NCBI GenBank assembly: GCA_045563435.1
Contig: JBJLJD010000008.1
Span: 46,241 to 110,240, forward strand
Source of the DNA: Gammaproteobacteria bacterium
GTDB taxonomy: Bacteria > Pseudomonadota > Gammaproteobacteria > Magnimaribacterales > TMED112
Direction: 5' to 3'
DNA: 64,000 bases
Part shown: one piece after another, positions 62,853 to 64,000 of the stretch
Numbering within the stretch: the first letter of the stretch is position 1
Layout of the letters: each line of letters begins with the position of its first letter
The notes under the pieces: generated by a model
Databases searched by the model: none
What the model was told of the DNA's origin: nothing
The model's input: the letters and a program-made list of their open reading frames with translations, nothing else
Program-made: the position numbers and the translations under genes

Positions 62853-64000
62853 CTATTTGCACTGATAGCCCTCTAGATTATCTATCCCTAATGCCTCTCT
62901 TATTGCAAAAAATACATCTGTATTATCCATTACTCCAGAGAAGTTTTCTGCTCCCGGCCCTTGAGCAAATACCGGAATCATAATTCCAGTATGAGTACCC
63001 CTGCCAATAGCTGTATTCCAAGAAATTTTCATTTTTCCTGTCTCCCTATAGCGTGCATCATCTTGTTCAATAAGGAGCCCTCCAGTTTCATGATCTGCTG
63101 TAACTACCACAAGAGTATCATTATTTTCTTGAGCAAAATTGAGAGCTTTCTCAACTGTTTTTTCAAATTCCTGCATTTCTTTCAAATAATATTCGTAATC
63201 ATTATCATGTGATGCCCAATCTATCTTTGAACCCTCTGCCATAATAAAAAATCCTTTACACCCGTCTGCAATCAATCTTTTAGATTCTCGGATAGAAAAA
63301 TCTAACATTTCTAACAAGTTTGGTTCAAATTCTGTTCTTTCTAAATCATCTTCTGCAAACAAACCAAATATTCTTTTTCTATCAATGTAATTAAAATTAT
63401 CTATGTCTTTTTTTGTTTCAAGATAATGGAAATTCTTTTTTATTTTTTTAACAAAATTTACCCTGTCTTCTCTTATTCCTCCTTCCTCAATTGGAAGAAA
63501 ATAGTCTGTCCCACCGCCAAGCACTATATGATTTTTTGAGTTGTAAATATGTTTGGCTATCTCTTCTTTTTCATATCTTGAACTTACATGAGAGGCAAAG
63601 GCTGCTGGTGTAGCATGAGTAATTTCTGAAGTAGAAATTATTGTATTTACAAAGCCCTTTTCAAAAAGTATTTCAGTTATATTTTTAGTAGGTTTTTTAT
63701 TGTGATCCACACCTACATATCTATTTATAGTTTTGACGCCTGAACTAAATGCTGTTGCAGATGCAGCTGAGTCTGTAACTAAAGAATTATAAGCATGTGT
63801 TTTTACATATCCTGAAAAATCAAATTTATCAAAAGAGAGCTTATGGTTAGGTCCTCCAAGAATATTTCTATAAACTGAAATATGTGTTGGCCCCATTCCA
63901 TCACCTATAAGTAAGATTATATTTCTAGCTTTAACGTCAACCTGTTTCAGTTCTTTTGGATTTACATCTTTTTTAAAATCTATAGGAAGTATTTTTTTAT
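62853..64000 (-). CDS. phoA: alkaline phosphatase, PhoA family (5' end runs off the window)
   Basis: 'DSAASATAFSSGVKT' nucleophile-Ser motif and 'DHETGG'. The frame stays open upstream of the track's ATG (63896) and encodes '...ARNIILLIGDGMGPTHISVY', the conserved GDGMG metal-site motif. The CDS therefore continues to at least base 64000. Confidence 0.9.
   Translation of the reverse strand, partial: KKILPIDFKKDVNPKELKQVDVKARNIILLIGDGMGPTHISVYRNILGGPNHKLSFDKFDFSGYVKTHAYNSLVTDSAASATAFSSGVKTINRYVGVDHNKKPTKNITEILFEKGFVNTIISTSEITHATPAAFASHVSSRYEKEEIAKHIYNSKNHIVLGGGTDYFLPIEEGGIREDRVNFVKKIKKNFHYLETKKDIDNFNYIDRKRIFGLFAEDDLERTEFEPNLLEMLDFSIRESKRLIADGCKGFFIMAEGSKIDWASHDNDYEYYLKEMQEFEKTVEKALNFAQENNDTLVVVTADHETGGLLIEQDDARYRETGKMKISWNTAIGRGTHTGIMIPVFAQGPGAENFSGVMDNTDVFFAIREALGIDNLEGYQCK

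Noticed and set aside
1-64000. CRISPR arrays, IS elements or transposases, integrases, prophage blocks, rRNA genes, toxin-antitoxin pairs
   Set aside because: I looked for direct-repeat and spacer periodicity, terminal inverted repeats, and ORFs with recombinase, transposase or defence-type motifs on both strands. None were seen. Every ORF of 60 aa or more is either a recognisable housekeeping or transport gene or an antisense shadow.

Overview
This 64-kb window is a visibly AT-rich (about one-third G+C by eye), very gene-dense chromosomal segment. I call 66 protein-coding genes and one tRNA-Ala(UGC). I saw no rRNA, CRISPR array, IS element, integrase or prophage signal. Most intergenic spacers are under 50 bp. 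Many neighbouring genes overlap by 1-26 nt, including six convergent pairs whose 3' ends overlap. Only one clear Rho-independent terminator is visible, at 27173..27198.

Gene order follows several blocks that I remember from Pseudomonas-type Gammaproteobacteria:
- gyrA-serC-(pheA)-tyrA-aroA-cmk-rpsA
- ubiG-HAD-SDR
- xseB-ispA-dxs
- nrdR-ribD-ribBA-ribH-nusB
- miaA-...-hflK-hflC-purA
- ponA|aroK-aroB-...-hemE

Each block has internal genes missing: hfq/hflX, pilMNOPQ, gltBD, ribE, hisC and the prephenate dehydratase domain. This fits a streamlined marine gammaproteobacterium. A SAR86-like lineage is my guess, but I cannot verify it without a database search.

Most of the content is core metabolism and housekeeping. 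The accessory-looking parts are:
- a 1013-aa TonB-dependent receptor with an Ala/Gln-rich insert, followed by a terminator hairpin that also buries the Shine-Dalgarno sequence of the next small gene
- a two-gene RND efflux pair
- an Opp/Dpp/Yej-type peptide ABC system whose ATPase gene is inverted
- a PhoA-type phosphatase followed 10 nt downstream by an AAA/TLC-like MFS transporter and then a two-cysteine DksA
- a tightly coupled glycosyltransferase / two-methyltransferase / helical-toroid-like gene set next to waaA-lpxL and a phosphomannomutase

The last set is my best candidate for an undescribed system. Its composition parallels the mycobacterial polymethylated-polysaccharide (MMP) cluster. 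That link is inference from motifs and gene content and needs HMM and structure searches.
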